Part shown: piece by piece, positions 42,001 through 57,000 of the stretch | Layout: the number at the start of each line of letters is the position of its first letter | Position numbering within the stretch: position 1 is the stretch's first letter | Assembly: GCA_964409365.1 (NCBI GenBank) | Contig: CAYPCX010000002.1 | Location: 32,984 to 96,983 of the forward strand | DNA from: an uncultured Planctomycetia bacterium | GTDB taxonomy: Bacteria; Omnitrophota; Gorgyraeia; Tantalellales; Tantalellaceae | DNA length: 64,000 bases | Reading direction: 5' to 3' | Made by a program: the position numbers and the translations under genes | Notes under the pieces: generated by a model | Database searches by the model: none | What the model was told of the DNA's origin: nothing | The model's input: only the letters and a program-made list of their open reading frames with translations

Positions 42001-45000
42001 GGGTGGTTCGATTCTCTGGAATCGTTCAAGGGCGAAATGGACGACATTTCCGTCTGGGGGAGGGCCCTTACCCAGGCGGAGGTACGCGAACTGTACAAAG
42101 GCGATCCGGCATCGACGATAGACGGCCCGGACGGTTTTGACAGGTATTGCCGCGCGTGGTGGGAACTTGACGAAGGCATGGGCGCCGAGTTCATGGACAG
42201 CACAGCGAACGACCGGGACGGGACCGTATCCGGCGCCGCGTGGAAAGAGGCCGCGTACGGATATGAAGATCCCGAATACGGCCGGGTCAAGGATACCATA
42301 GACATACCGCTGGTCTCGGATCCCGATACGGCAGTTTCTTACGTGGTAGCCGTCGATCCGGAGACCTCGGTGATAACCCTGGTGGAAAAGAGTATCTACG
42401 ACCTCAACGCCGACGGCAGTTTTGATACGGCTGACAGCGATATAATGAGGGACGCCATGGTCGCGGCGCTTCTGGAGAAGGACGCCAACGACATAAAGAG
42501 CGTATCCACGACAGAGTACACATGGGATTTCAACGGTGACGACACCATCTCCAGCGACGGTTTCGCCCTGCCGGCGCAGAACATGCCGTACGTGGAATAT
42601 CTGCTTAATGTGGATGAGGATGACGAATACCATGTAGGCCTTTCCTTCCGCAACGATACCCCGTATTCGAAGGCGAACAACTGGACACTGCCGTGGGGTT
42701 CCGATGTAGAGAACTGGGAGATATTCTCAGGGCACTTCCGGAATGACCTGACGGCGGCGGTATATACGACCACCGGCGGGGATATCTCGGGCAGCATGAA
42801 GATGGACATGACCGGTACGGATCCGTGCCTTTTCTATACCCGTTATTACGCCGCCTCGGAAGATCCGGATTACAGGCAGGGCTGGGCGGACGGTACGAAC
42901 GCGGCAGTCAACATGGATACGACCGGTTTCGTCGAGATCTGCTATAGATATGAGGGTGATTATACGCCCGATACGGCCGTTATATCCTGGAGCAGGCAGG
43001 CAAAGGCCTGGGACGAGAAGGACGACCTGCCGTTCGAGCTCGAGTTCGACGTAACTGGAGTGAAAAAACCGGAGGGTGAATACAAGACAGTACTCCTGGA
43101 CATGAGCTCGGTCGAAGGGTGGACCGGTAATATGCAGGCTTTCCGTTTCGATCCGGTTGAAGAAGCCGGGATCGATTCCGGTACGGTCGAGATAAAATAT
43201 ATAGCTTTCAAGGAAACGGCGGAAGGTGATCCCGTCGCGTTCTGGGGCGACTCACCGGGTATCGAGGCGCAGGACGAGCTCAAGCTCAGGGTCTTCGTGG
43301 ACGGTGAAGGATATGATGACTTCTACTGCGGCAATATAAGCGTTCCCTGGAAATCCACGGAAGAATCCGTCGATTATTACAGCGACGCGCTCGAGATACC
43401 GCTTACCCAGGGCGTGTACACGGTAAGATTCCAGTGGGCCAATGACTACGGCGAGGAGACAACTCTCCGCGTGGAGAGGATGTTCCTTACCAACATGACC
43501 AGCACGGCCGCTGATTTTAACGGCGATTACGTCGCGGACGATGAAGATCACGACCAGATGACGGAGAACCTCGGCATGAACGTCGCCGAGGGCACGCTGC
43601 AGCTCGAGGACGACCTCTACGAGATCACCAAGGTGGAAGAAGCGCCCGGCATGTTCATCTATGAACTGAGAAGATTCACGGATGAGGCCGAGCTTGCCGT
43701 GAGCGATCCCGGCCAGCGCACCGTCCGGATAGCGGGGACGAACTATAACCTCTTTGTCGATAAGATAGAGGAAAGCATCACTCTCGCGAGTTCCGGGCTT
43801 TTGAGCATGCCGGTAGCGGACGGCGAGATCGCCTTCAAGGGAGGCGAATATGCCTATGAATTTATCGAGGATGGTCTTCTGAAGTTCATAGAGACCGCAC
43901 CGGCGGCTACGGCTGTTACGGTCCAGCATCCGAGCTGGAGCAGCGAGATAACCGTGGGAGGCCAGACCTACGGTGTTATCGAGACGGCCGGCGGCAAGGT
44001 CACGCTGATACCCGCGGAAAGGGAGGAGATAGTGTTCTCGGCGGTGTCCGATCCCGCCGGCGGGACGGAATTCCTGCAGAACAATACGCCGGTCGAGCCC
44101 CAGGAGACGGAATTATGCATGATAAACGGGGTAGAAGTCGCTTCCTCCGAGTGGACCACGAAGGCGGGTATTAACATCGTTACCGTGGACAAGGATACGG
44201 GTGAACGGGAATTCACCAGCTGGGAGACCGACCTGGAGGCCAATGTCCAGGCGATGACGGTGTATTTGAGGAACCATGCCCAGGGGACTATCGTGATAGC
44301 TTCCAAGGGCGGCAGCAAGGTAGGCGCTCTTAACGAGGATGCCTTCCTCGCGCTGGAGAGCGCCGGCAGCGCGCATATCAGGGATGTTGTCAGCGGTTCC
44401 ACCTGGAGCATGGTCGGGTATATCGGCGCTTCGGAGGGCAGCGTGACCGAGGAATTCGATTCTTTAGGCGCCTCGGATTCGACCAGCAACGAGGTCGTAT
44501 ACATAAAGGACGGCCCGCACCCGACGAGCTACTTGAGCAACACGAAGATTGCCATTAGCGGCACGGAGTATGAAGTAGCCCATGACGACAGCGGGCTGCT
44601 CCGACTTGATATAAGGAAGGAATACGAGAGTTTTATCGAAGAACTTACGGGAGGCTACACCACGCACAAGGTCGAGATAGACGGCGCCGAATACACGATA
44701 ACCCAGGACGAAGAAGGAAGGCCGTCCTTGTACAGCGAGGGAGAAGTCATAACCGAGGAAGGCAGGAAGACGGTCGTCGCCGGCGGAAAAATATATTCGG
44801 TGACTTCCGTAGAACCCTCCGAAGGAGAACTGCTCACGCCGGAACAGGAAGGTAAACTGCGGCTTTACAGCGCGATATCATCCGAGTTCACCTCGGCCTT
44901 CATGATGGGCGGCGTCGAGATCACGCCCGCTGATGCGGTAATGGAACCGACGCGCCTCGAATTGGACGGCTACGTGCCTTTCGTCCAGGAAAAGTGCGTG

Positions 45001-48000
45001 GATTTCGATGGCACCAATGATTATATCGATTGCGACAACATAATGAACGGTTTTACCGATTTCTCCATCAGCCTGTGGCTAAAAACGGATCAGAATACCA
45101 ATTACGGGACATCATATGGGCATCAGGCTCCTCCGATAATCGGCACTGAGATGGGGTCCGGGAATACGGAAGACTTTGTCCTTACGAATTATGACGGAAA
45201 ACTGGTCTGGTATGACGAATTGGGTGAGACCTATAACACCTACGATACCGGCGTGTTTATCGCCGATAACCAGTGGCATCATGTCGCCGTGGTAAGGTCC
45301 GGTTCGACTATTACTTTCTACGTGGATGCCGAAGAAGCCGGTCAGTGCGCCACAGGGACGGATGACGTGGAAAATGACGCCGTCAGCATAGGGGGCAGAT
45401 GGTGGGATGGTTATGACTGGAAGCATTTCGACGGCATGATCGATGAAGTAGCCATTTTTGATACTGCCCTGGCGGAAGAAGATGTCGAGGCACTTTTGAG
45501 CTACAAGATTGAAGGAAATGAAAGTAACCTCACCGCTTATTATTCGTTCGATGACCATACGGCCGAAGACAGCTCGGTTAACGGTAACGATGGAACGATA
45601 CTGGGAGATACATATGACAGCGAGACGAAGTGGGTGGACGAGACCGGCCTGTATCTGTATACCACTGATGAACGCGAGCACATTTCCGTGCCTTACCAGG
45701 CCGTGGAAGGCCTCTCCGATTTTACTTATTCCATAAGGGTAAAAGCCGGGGGACTTGAAGAAGGGATATTCCTCCTGGATACCGAAGGAACGGACGCCCT
45801 TACGGTCTACTATGACACTTCCACCGAAGAGTGGTGCGTGAAGATAGGGAACGATCTTTACAAACTCCAGGATGATTCGCTGACAGATATGGGCTGGCAC
45901 ATGGTCACGGTGACGCGCGAATACTCGACGCTCGCGTTGTATGTCGATGGGGCCGAGATCGAGACGATCGAGGGTATAACCGAGGCCCAGATAAGCGTAT
46001 ACACAACGGACGCGTGCATAGGGCCGGGACTGGTAAAGATCGATACTGTGGCTAAAGTGGACAAGGAAGGTTTTGCCGGGATTAAGGCCGGTTTCCGCGA
46101 TATATCCGTCTGGGAAAGGGCGCTTGACGGGGCGGAAGTTTCCGCGCTGTATACGAGCGAGCCCGCTTCAATAACGGGTTACGGCGACGACTGCCGCGCG
46201 TGGTGGGCGGTCGATGAGGGTACGGGCGCGCAGGTACTTGATGCGACGGACAATTCTTATGACGGAGCATTCGAGCTGGGCGCCTGGGCGATCCAGGGCG
46301 AAGTGAAGTGCGGCCATGACGGGGTGTTCACGAACGAAACGGCGCTCTGGGCTCCGGAAGACGGCGTTAATATGGCCTATATCCCGCCGGCCGGTGACAT
46401 CGAATTCTCGACCTGGGATACGAGCTATACCACGAACGCCGGCGCGATGGCGGACTATCTGGAAGGGATATACTCCACCGGCATGCGGGAAGGCGCGGTA
46501 CTCCTGGTCTCGATACAGGGGACGACCGCCGCTACCGGCCTCACCGAGGACGCTTTGGCGGCGCTTGAGGCTTTCGGTTCCCTGGAGATAAGGAAAGTTT
46601 CAGCGAGCGACAGGTGGAGCATGGCCGTTCTCGTGGAAGAAGTATCCGAAGACGGGACGATCACGGTAAGCGCTGTGCAGGAAGACCGCAGTGATACGGC
46701 CGGTGCGTCAAGCCACAGCCTGGCGTGTCTCGACGAGGACGACTCTCTCGGCGGGATATACGGCAGGAAGATGACGATCGACGGGGACGTCTACAGGATC
46801 ATTTCTGACGGAAGCGGCGCCATGATGATGGAAAGGAGCGAGAAGGTCTTCATCCTGAGCGACGGCACGGAAGAATTCATGACCGGCCCGAACGGCATCA
46901 TAACGCTCGGGGACAAGGATTATTTCGTGATCGAGGACGAGTCCGGGATCTACCTGAAGCCGGTCCATGTTGCCGACCTGGACAGGGACGGCGACCTGGA
47001 CAGGGAGGATATCGATCTTATGGACAGCCACATGGGATCCGCCCTTATCGAAAGAAAGGCAGCGGCCGACTCCGCGTTCCGCTACCTCTTTGACTCGATG
47101 GAATCGGGTGGTGAACTGTATGCCACGAGCCTGGCAGAGAACCCGTATATAGAAGGCTTGTATACCAATTCGTCCGCTTCTTCAGGGGATATACTGGCGG
47201 GTATAAAGCTCAAGGGATATTCCGGATATGATGTGCCGGAAGAGGGCTATAAATTCGATGTAGACATAAAAGGCCCGGATGATAGCGTGCATCGTAACGT
47301 CGGACAGATAACCGTGTTCGCCGGAGAGGACTATTACGGTGAGGCGTCGATCCTCCTGGAGGATATGCCGATAGGCGAATATTATGTCAGGTTCACGTGG
47401 GTGGACCAGGAAGAAGGCACGGCAGTGCAGGTAAAGGAATATTTCTTCGAAGATGACAAATACCTGAAGGCGGCCGATCTCAACAGTGACGGAAAGATAG
47501 ACGTTGAGGACAAGATGATCATGCACGAGAGTGCCGGTGACAGCGTACGGTTCGCGACACTGGATATAGATGAAGAGCTTTGCTATGTGACATATGAGTT
47601 TTCCGATAATCAGTACCACTTCTACTACATGGATGAGGAATACATCAGCGACGAGAGCAACCGGTTCGTGGTCCTGCCGGGCAGGGCGGAAGGTGAGAAT
47701 ATCATTTACAGCATTGCCGTGGGCGAGCCTGACGAGGCAGGACGCCTCCAGATACAGCTTACCCAGGTGCTCTGGGGCGACATGAACTCGGACGGCGTCC
47801 TGGATCCCGTGGGTGACAGGGTAGCGAAGATAGCCGAATATCTCTGGGATAACAGGGATAGCGCCATATCGCTGGATGAAGTAAGGCTCATGATAGACGC
47901 CATGAACGTAACGGCCGATGAACTGCGTGCCGCCAATATCTATTATGACAAGGATATCGACGGTAACGACCTGGTGGATTCGGAAGACGCGGGGCTGCTT

Positions 48001-51000
48001 GAGACCATGAAACGCTTCGTCGCGGACGTCCTGGCCTATCCGGAGAGGGTCGATTATATCCCAGTTGACGCGAACGTCCTGGTAGATGCCGATGGCGAGG
48101 TCAAGATATATGACGCCGCGGACGACAAACTCTGGAAGAAGTTCCTGCCTGACGGGCGCGTGTTCCGGTACGACAAGGACGGCCACCTGGACGAGATGAC
48201 GGACAGGACGGGAAACCTGATATACTGCCACCATGACGAGGAGGACCAGACCACGGTCACGGTCGATATCACGAACGATATTACAAAGTCTTATGACCAG
48301 CAGGGCAGGCTCGTTGAGGTGATCAGCGAAGAAGGCGAGTTGACCTACGATTATACTACAGTCGGCCAGACGATCATCCAGCATGAGACGAGGCTCGAAA
48401 GCACGTACACCACCCGAGGATTCGACTGTATGAGTTTTGATGAAGACGTTGAGCAGGTCCTGATAGAGGGCGACTCAAGCCTTAATGCCTCGGAAGCGTT
48501 CACCGTATCGGCATGGTTCAACTGGTCGGGTGGGTCAAGCTGGGAGAATATTATTGCCAGAGGCGACAGGGAAACGGGCGGGTTCACTGTTCATATAAAT
48601 ACCACCTATAATAAACTGTATGTTCAGAGAGACAACGGCTTGAGCAGTTTTTATGTCGATGTCGAGATCGAGGTGGGCGAGTGGTACCATGTCACGGTCG
48701 TAAAGGAGTCGGACGATAATGTGCATGTGTACCTGTACGATGCTTCTACGGATACCACCGCGACTGCGGACAACACCGGTTTTGATGTGGGGATCGCTTC
48801 GGACCTGAACCTCTCGATCGGGAACTGGGAATATAATTACCCATCCAGTTCTTTCCATGGATATATCGATGAGGTTGCGTTCTTTGACCGCGCCTTGGAC
48901 GCTACAGAAGCCCAGGAGCTTAAAGGAACCAAACTGAACGGCACCGAAGACGGGCTTGTCGCCTGCTATTCGTTCGACGACGGCACGGCCAAAGACATTA
49001 CGGGGAACGGCCGCGACGGTTTCGCTACTTCTACTTTCGTCCAGATGCACGAGGTCTCGGACGATGCGATCGAATTCTCGGCAATAATTCCCGAGGAAAG
49101 GAAAGCCGTGCGAGAGTTCGCGTCCGACGATCACCGGCTTATCAAGGATTATCTGGCCGGGGACCTGGGCTCTTACAGGGAATATGAGTATTACGCTTCC
49201 GGGGATTTCGGGGGCATGGTCGAGAAGATCACTTACGATTCCGGATATTACGAGACTTATGAATATTACGGCGCGTCCAGCCTGTTCGAAAACGAGATAA
49301 AGACCGTGACTTACAATACGCTGGCGGAGTCCGATTATCTTACTTTCGACGGAACGGATGATTACATCGATTGCGGTGATATAGCCGATTTTCATGACAT
49401 CGAGTACGGTACGGTAGAGACCTGGATCAAGGGGGTAAACGGGACCGTCTTCGATTTCGGTAACGGTATGGAAAGTAGCGCTGACAGGTTGAAGCTGGAC
49501 GTTTCGAGTTCTGAGGTGGAATTCTACCTCCATAGCGGGAATTCGACGGCATGCCCGGTCACGCTGGACCCGGACGAGTGGTATCACGTGGCCGTGGTGT
49601 GGAGTAGTACCGGCATGGAACTTTATATTGACGGCCTGCTGGCGGCGACGGATGACTTTTCGAACGGCCTGGATTACGACTACACCAACTTCCTGATCGG
49701 GGCAAATACTTTTGACGAATATTGTACCGGCTCTATCGACGAGGTCGCTGTTTATGATCACGCCCTGACGGGAGATGAAATAAGGCAGCATTATTCTGAC
49801 GGCCTGGAGGGGACTGAGACGGGTCTGGTAGCGTTCTACGCGTTCCAGGACGGGGAAGTTACCGATGGTTCCGGTAACGGCAAGGATGGCGTGAAGTATG
49901 GGACCACCACTGGTCTGGACAGGGAAGTCCAGGGCGAATACACGGAAGTGGAAGCGTCCGAAAACTATTCCTATTCTGCCGAAACACGCAGGCTTATCAA
50001 GGTAGAAGAAAAGGACTCCGAAGGCGCTGTCACCGCCGTCCATGATTATTCCTACGTGAGGAACTCTGACGGTGAACGTCTCGAGAAGGTCCTGGATATG
50101 GACGGGACGCTCCTTATCGTCGAGGAAGACACTTCCGGGGAAGAGGCGGTCTATATTTTCAGGACACCCGAGCTGACGATAGGAAGCGGAAAGATAGGGG
50201 ATACGTTCCTCTTTAGCGGCAAAGAATACAGGATAACGGGGACAGGCCTGGATGATATCGGTTTGTGGGAACTCGGCCTCAAGTTTGACGGCGCGGATGA
50301 TTATATCGGCTTGAGTTCCTATCTCAGCTGCGAGGAGTGGGAAGAGGTTACCCTCAGCACGTGGGCCTTTATCGATCCGTCGGAAACGGATGCCGAGATC
50401 CTCGGCTGGATGTATGGCGACAATATAGATGATTACGGATTATCTCTCAAGATCGTAGAAGACAATGCGGATGGGAGAACCTACCTGCGTGTGAGGGGGT
50501 CGGCCGACAACAGGACATGGTTCTATGAGAACGTATATTACGATATCACGGACCTTAAGGGCCAGTGGGCGCATTACGCCGTGACATGGAAGAATCTCGG
50601 TGAGGATGCCGAAACAGGCGATTACTTCGTAGAAGTAAAGCTTTACGTGAACGGCGAGGCGGTCGCATCCGGTGTGAATCTCGAGAATTATCCCGATCCG
50701 TTCTGGAACAGCTACAGGAGGTTCAGCATAGGCGGGTGTTATAGCGGCTCGGTCACAAGGGTGCTTAACGGCGCGATGCGTGACGCGTCCGTATGGAGCA
50801 GCGCGCTCAGTGAGGAGGATATGGCTGATATCTATTCCGGTGCGCTCGTTTCGAGTATAAACGGTTATGCCGAGGATTGCGAGGGCTGGTGGCGTCTTGA
50901 AGAAGCTTCCGGAACTGTAGCGGAAGACCAGACCCTCAATGACAGGGACGGTACCATTAACGGAGGAGCATGGGGCAACGTCAGGTCTTCTTACAGTACC

Positions 51001-54000
51001 GCGCCTGTTGTGTTATGTGAAGATGAGATAAGGGTCCTGGGGAGTGAAGAGGATAACAAGCTCTTCAGGGTAGAAGAGCTGAGCGGCGAGAAGCTGACCA
51101 TATCTTCCGCGACGGCAACATATAACCAGACCGGTTACGATATATCCGAAACCCTTGACGGCATCAAGGATAGCGCGGATAACGGCTGGGCCGTAGACGG
51201 CCACTGCGGCCAGTCGGCCATGTTTACGTTCGACGGCCTGCCGGCGGTGGATACCGTGGTCCTTACGCAGACTACCGGCGATGACCTCAAAGACTTCGAA
51301 CTTTATTACACCGTGGATGAAGACCCGTCGTTAACGGACAGCATATGGGTAAGCGTGGAAAACCTTACAGTTCAGAACCTGGGCAGCGGTTTCTATGTTG
51401 ACGGGGATCACAGGGTGCTCGTGGAAGGGGCCGGATCTGACGAATATGAACTCGTGTTCGATTCGGTGAAGATGACGGCCCTCAAGATACAGGTCAATGA
51501 CACAATGGATGCGGACCATAACTTCGTCCTTTCGGAAGTAGAAGTATTTGGCAGCACGTTTGAACGCATTTACGCCGAAGAAGCAAGAGTAGAAATAGGC
51601 GCTGAATACATACCCGCTTCGGAATTTGTTATAGCCGCCGAAGACGAATATACGACAGCCGCCGGACAGGAAGGGACCACCGAGTTCGTCTTCCAGGCGA
51701 CCAGGGAGAGAATAGAGAACGAGATACCGGAGCAGATAGTAAGCGTCCTCGCGTATACGATAGAGGGCACCCTTGAAGATGTTGAGGTTTCCGGCGGGAA
51801 ACTGAAGATCATGGGCCACGATGTGATCGCGCCCGCGGAAATCTATCTTGATGATGAACTGACCAGCCTGGCCGGGCTCGAAAGCGCGTTGCTTGACGCG
51901 GAGGGAGAAGGACTCCTGATAAGGACGGCGACGGACATTAATATCATGGAGGTCCAGGACGGGTGGCAGATAACCGGCGATGAAATAAGGCTCTATACCT
52001 CACCGGTCAACGCGGTATATGCGGTCGATGGAAAACTGGTCAGCGTAGATTATGCGAATGGAACGATTACCGTAGGGTCTGAAGAAATATCGATCTATGA
52101 TACCAGGCCCACCGCGGACTTCTCGACCGGAGGCGACGCGCCGTTCTACGTCCAGGGAGAGACTGTTTACGGCGATAGTTTCTACGCCCTGCAGTCCGGG
52201 GATATCTCCGACGGGGAAAGAAGCGTGCTGGAAAGGGTAGTGACGTTCGACGAAGATGTGGAGATAAGCTTCTACTGGAAGGTGTCCTCGGAATATACAA
52301 GTTATACCCTCTCAGGGAATCTTGATAGTGTGGATTATACCGCCGGCACTCTGGTAGCGGGAGGGGAAGAGGTCCGGCTTTATGATCCCGTTCCCGGTGC
52401 TGATTACTCCACCGGCGGGGACGCGGCTTTCTTCGTCCAGCCGGAAACAGCTTCCGACGATGGTAATTATTTTGCTCTCAAATCCGGGCCGATCTCTGAC
52501 GGCGAGACCAGTATTATCGAAAAAGTGATAACGCTCGAGCAGGACGGCGAGGTCAGCTTTGATTGGAAGGCCTCAACGGAAAGTCCTCAGCATGCGCTCA
52601 CTGGCAAGCTGGACGATGTGGATTATACGGAAGGGACTATCACTATCGCCGGAGAGAAAGTCCTGCTTTACGATCCTACGGTCGGAACTGATTACTCCAC
52701 CGGCGGGAACGCGGCTTTCTTCATCCAGCCGGAGACGGTCTATGATGACGGCGAATCACTCTTCGCCCTCCAGGCCGGGGATATAACCCATGACGAGATC
52801 AGCGCGGTCGAGAAGGTCTTCACGCTCGATAACGACGGCGAGATCAGCTTTTACTGGAAAGCCTCCTCTGAGGAGACCAAAGACCTTTTCCGATTCCTGG
52901 TAAATGACACTGAGTATACCACTATCTCAGGTGATAGCGGATGGCAGCAGGTGACAAAGACCCTTACCGCCGGCACGTATACGGTCAGGTGGGAATACAC
53001 GAAGGATGCCGATGATACCGGTGCGACATACAAAGACACGGCCTGGCTCGATAATGTCGTGATCAGGGCCGAGGCGGAAGAACTCGACGATTTCGAGGCC
53101 GTCGGAGACGGTACGGGCGGGTGGCACATGAATCATGTCTATCCCAATTACGTACCGCCCTACACGATGACCGCTAATGATACGACCATACTTGGCGGGT
53201 ATTACAAGTTCGGCCAAGGCGCATGCGCTGTTAAGGAATTCACCGGTGTCCCGCAGGGTGAGGTCACCATAAGCTTTGATTATTATTTCATCGATAACTG
53301 GTCGAGTGATGACGGCATCCTGTACGTGAACGGCGAGGAAGTGTGGAGATTGACGCACACCTATGACAGCGATGTCGGAGGCGATGACGAAGAGGACGGC
53401 CTGCTCACGGAGATAGATCAGGTCGGCAGGACCGGCACCAGTTACAGGGACTGGGTAGGTAACTTTGAGATCGTCTATAACAATACGAGCGGATCGGATA
53501 CACTGAAGTTAGCTTTTACTTCCACCACGGACTCCGCGAGCGGTTACACCGAATCGTTCGGTATGGATAACGTCAAGATAGAGATGATAAAGCCGGTCCA
53601 TGAAGAAGCGTTCGAACCCGAAGGCGGCTGCCCTGTGATCGTGATGGACGAAGTGACCGTTTCGGCGGCAGCGCTCGCGGGGGCGGATTGCGAACTCGAC
53701 GCAAGCGGAGAAAATATCGTCTGGACCCCCGAAGGATGGACGTTGAAAGGGGATACTGTGGATTTTGTCTCCCCGTCGGCCGCCATGGAAGTCGAGATCT
53801 TCGGGGCCCTTACTGATGTGGATACCGGTAATGCCGTATTGACCATCGGCGCTTATACTGTGTACGCGCCGGAGGCGGTCCTTCTTGACGGAGAGACAGT
53901 GACCCTTGCCGATCTTGATAATATGCTCCAGGACCCGGATCATGCGGTCAAATTCGATATTCGCACGCTCGCGACTGTTGAAGGAGAGTATACCGATACA

Positions 54001-57000
54001 GGCATATTGTTCACGGGGAATTCGGTAGAGCTTAACCTTATCAAACTCGGAGATGCTGACCGGTTCAGTTTTTACGTCGGAGATACCCTGGTAGATGAGA
54101 TCTACGGCGAGACGGACTGGACGGAAGCCACTCACGCGCTCACAGCCGGTACGTACACGCTGAGGTGGGAATATGCGAAAGATGACCTCTGGTCGCGGGG
54201 TGACGACACCGTGTGGATGGATGATCTCCGGGTCGACCTGAACGCTGAAGAATTCTATGATTTCGAGACAGGGGCTGATCTTGACGAGTGGTTTACTGAT
54301 GGTGCTTATTATGACACGACGCAGTATACCACGAGTGCTGACGGCACTACTATCCTGGGCGGATATAATAAATTCGGGCAAGGAGCGACGGCTTCCACGG
54401 TCCTGACCGACGTACCACAGGGCGAGATTACTATAACCTTTGATTATTATTTCATAGATAGATGGGACGGCGCCGATGATGAGGGATTTCTGAAGATAAA
54501 CGGCCAGGAAGTATGGTCGCTGGCGCATAAATATGATAACTCCCTGGCGGAAGAATCCGGGCTGCTTCAGGAGATCATTCCCCAATGCGGCAATTACGTC
54601 TATGTCACCAATTCAACTTACCGGGACTGGGTAGGGAGCTTCGAGGTCGTATATGATAATACGGGCGGCCCGGATACTCTCGTGCTCACTTTCGGTTCCA
54701 CATTGGAGGAGGGCGCCGCCGGTACGGCTGAATCATGGGGTATAGATAAGGTGAAGGTCGAGATGGCAAGGCCGGTCCATGAAGACGTCTTTGAACCGGC
54801 CGGCGGCTGTCCGGAGATAACACTGGACGGCGTGTCGATCTCACCCGCTGAGCTTGACCCGGCAGAGCACCTGATCGGCGGCGACGGCGAAGGCGTAATA
54901 TGGACTTCCGACGGGTGGGTTTCGGAAGATGATACATTAGGATTCCTGACGTTGCCGGCTACCGTTACGGCCGTTTACACGACGCTATACTCGACGGAAG
55001 TCACGTATGGCCCAAGCAGCGTGGCGGTCACCGATCCGCTCGCTCTGGGACTTGACGAGCCGGCTTTTGTCCAGGACAGCTGCCTGGATTTCAACGGTGC
55101 GTCTGAATATGTCTCGACGCCTGTTAACATCGACCAGGACACCGGGTCTTCGGGGGCCACCTTTGAAGCATGGGTATATCCGAAGAGCGCGGTGAGCGGC
55201 GCTCATTACGTGATGAGCACCGAAAACGGCGGATACGACTGGTCCCTGTTGAGCATTAGCGGGAACTGGTATGTGTTAACCGGCACCGTCATGCAGAGTA
55301 CAGGTGTCTCTGTTGATGTCGGCCAATGGCAGCATATAGCGGCAGTGTTCGACCCCGTCGGCGGAAAGGTCCATTTCTACAAGAACGGCGTGGAGGCCGC
55401 TAATTCCTGGGCCATAGGTTATGATTCAAGTGCCACATCTGTGACCATAGGCGGCCAGAAAACTGTTGCCAACTTCTTTGACGGCCGTATCGCTGAAGCG
55501 GCCATCTTCGATAGACCTTTGACGGAGGAAGAGATCCAGGCGCGCCTGGACGCGAATTCCAAGCTTACCGGTACGGAAGAGGGTCTTTTGGCCTACTATT
55601 CGTTCGACGACGGGACCGCGCTGGACTCTTCCGGCAGCGGCAACGACGGGACGATAAAAGGTGCCACGCCCATGGAAGCAACAGACCTTTATTTCCTGAA
55701 TCCCGACAGGGAATATGTCGCCGTGCCTTACGGGACCATAGACGGTCTTTCCGATTTCGCGCTGAACTTCCGCGTTAAAGCCGAGGAACTGGAGAACGAT
55801 ATTTATCTCATCGACAGCGACGGGACGGACCCGCTTGCCGTCTATTACGATGTCTCGGAAGACGAATGGTGCACGGAGATCGGCGGCAATCTCTACCAGG
55901 CGCAGGACGATTCCATCAGGGATATGGATTGGCACATGGTGACGGTCACCCGGTCCGGGGACGAGCTTTCGGTATATATAGACGGGGCAGGTATCTACAC
56001 GACCACCGCCGTTACGACTACGGTAGACGTTGACACGACAGACCCGTCTATCGGCCTTGGCCTGGAAGGGCTTTTGCGCGACATATCCGTCTGGGAGAGG
56101 GCCCTCACGGAAGTGGAGGTCGGCGCGATGTACACGACAACGCCCGTATCCGGAATAACGGGCTATGGCGGTAACTGCCGTGCATGGTGGGGGATCGACG
56201 AAGGTACGGGGACAGCGGTACTGGATAAGACCACGAACGCGAATGACGGCGCGATACACGGAGCCGGGTGGGTGGAGACGTCCGATATCTACTTTAACGG
56301 CGAAGAGGTTGCGTACGACGATCTTTACGACAACCTGGCGCAGCTTCTGGGTTCCTCCGATGAAGGCCTGCAGGTAGGATCCGGGGATATAACCGGCGGC
56401 GGGATCGTAGAAGGCGCTGTCCGGTTTTATTCCGCTCCGCTGCTCTCGCCATCCGCGCCGGATATCTCCGGCACACTTACCGGCGTGGATACTACCGGCG
56501 GCATTTTGACCATCGGCTCTTACACGGTATACGCGCCGGGGGAAATACGGCTTGACGGTCAGGAAATAAGCCTTGCCGACCTTGAAAATGTGCTTCAGGA
56601 CCCGGATCATGCGAGCAAATTCGATATACGCACGCTTGCCACGCTGGAAGGGGAATACACCGATACCGGTATATTGTTCGCCGGGGATTTGGTGGAGCTC
56701 CGCACCGTCAAGTTCGGGGATAACGATACGTTCGCTTTCTACGTGGATGATGCCCTGATAGACGAGATATACGGCGAGGTCGACTGGACGGACGTCACAC
56801 ACGCGCTGCCGGCCGGGACCTACACGTTGAGGTGGGAATACAGTAAGGACGTCCTGTGGTCGGAAGGCGATGACGCGGCCTGGATAGACGGCCTTGACTT
56901 CAAGTCATCCGAAAGAATAATCGATGATTTCGAGGCCGGTTCCGAGGGGTGGTTCAATGAGCAGCAGGGTACGGTCCCGGCCACTACCGAGTGCAACTTT

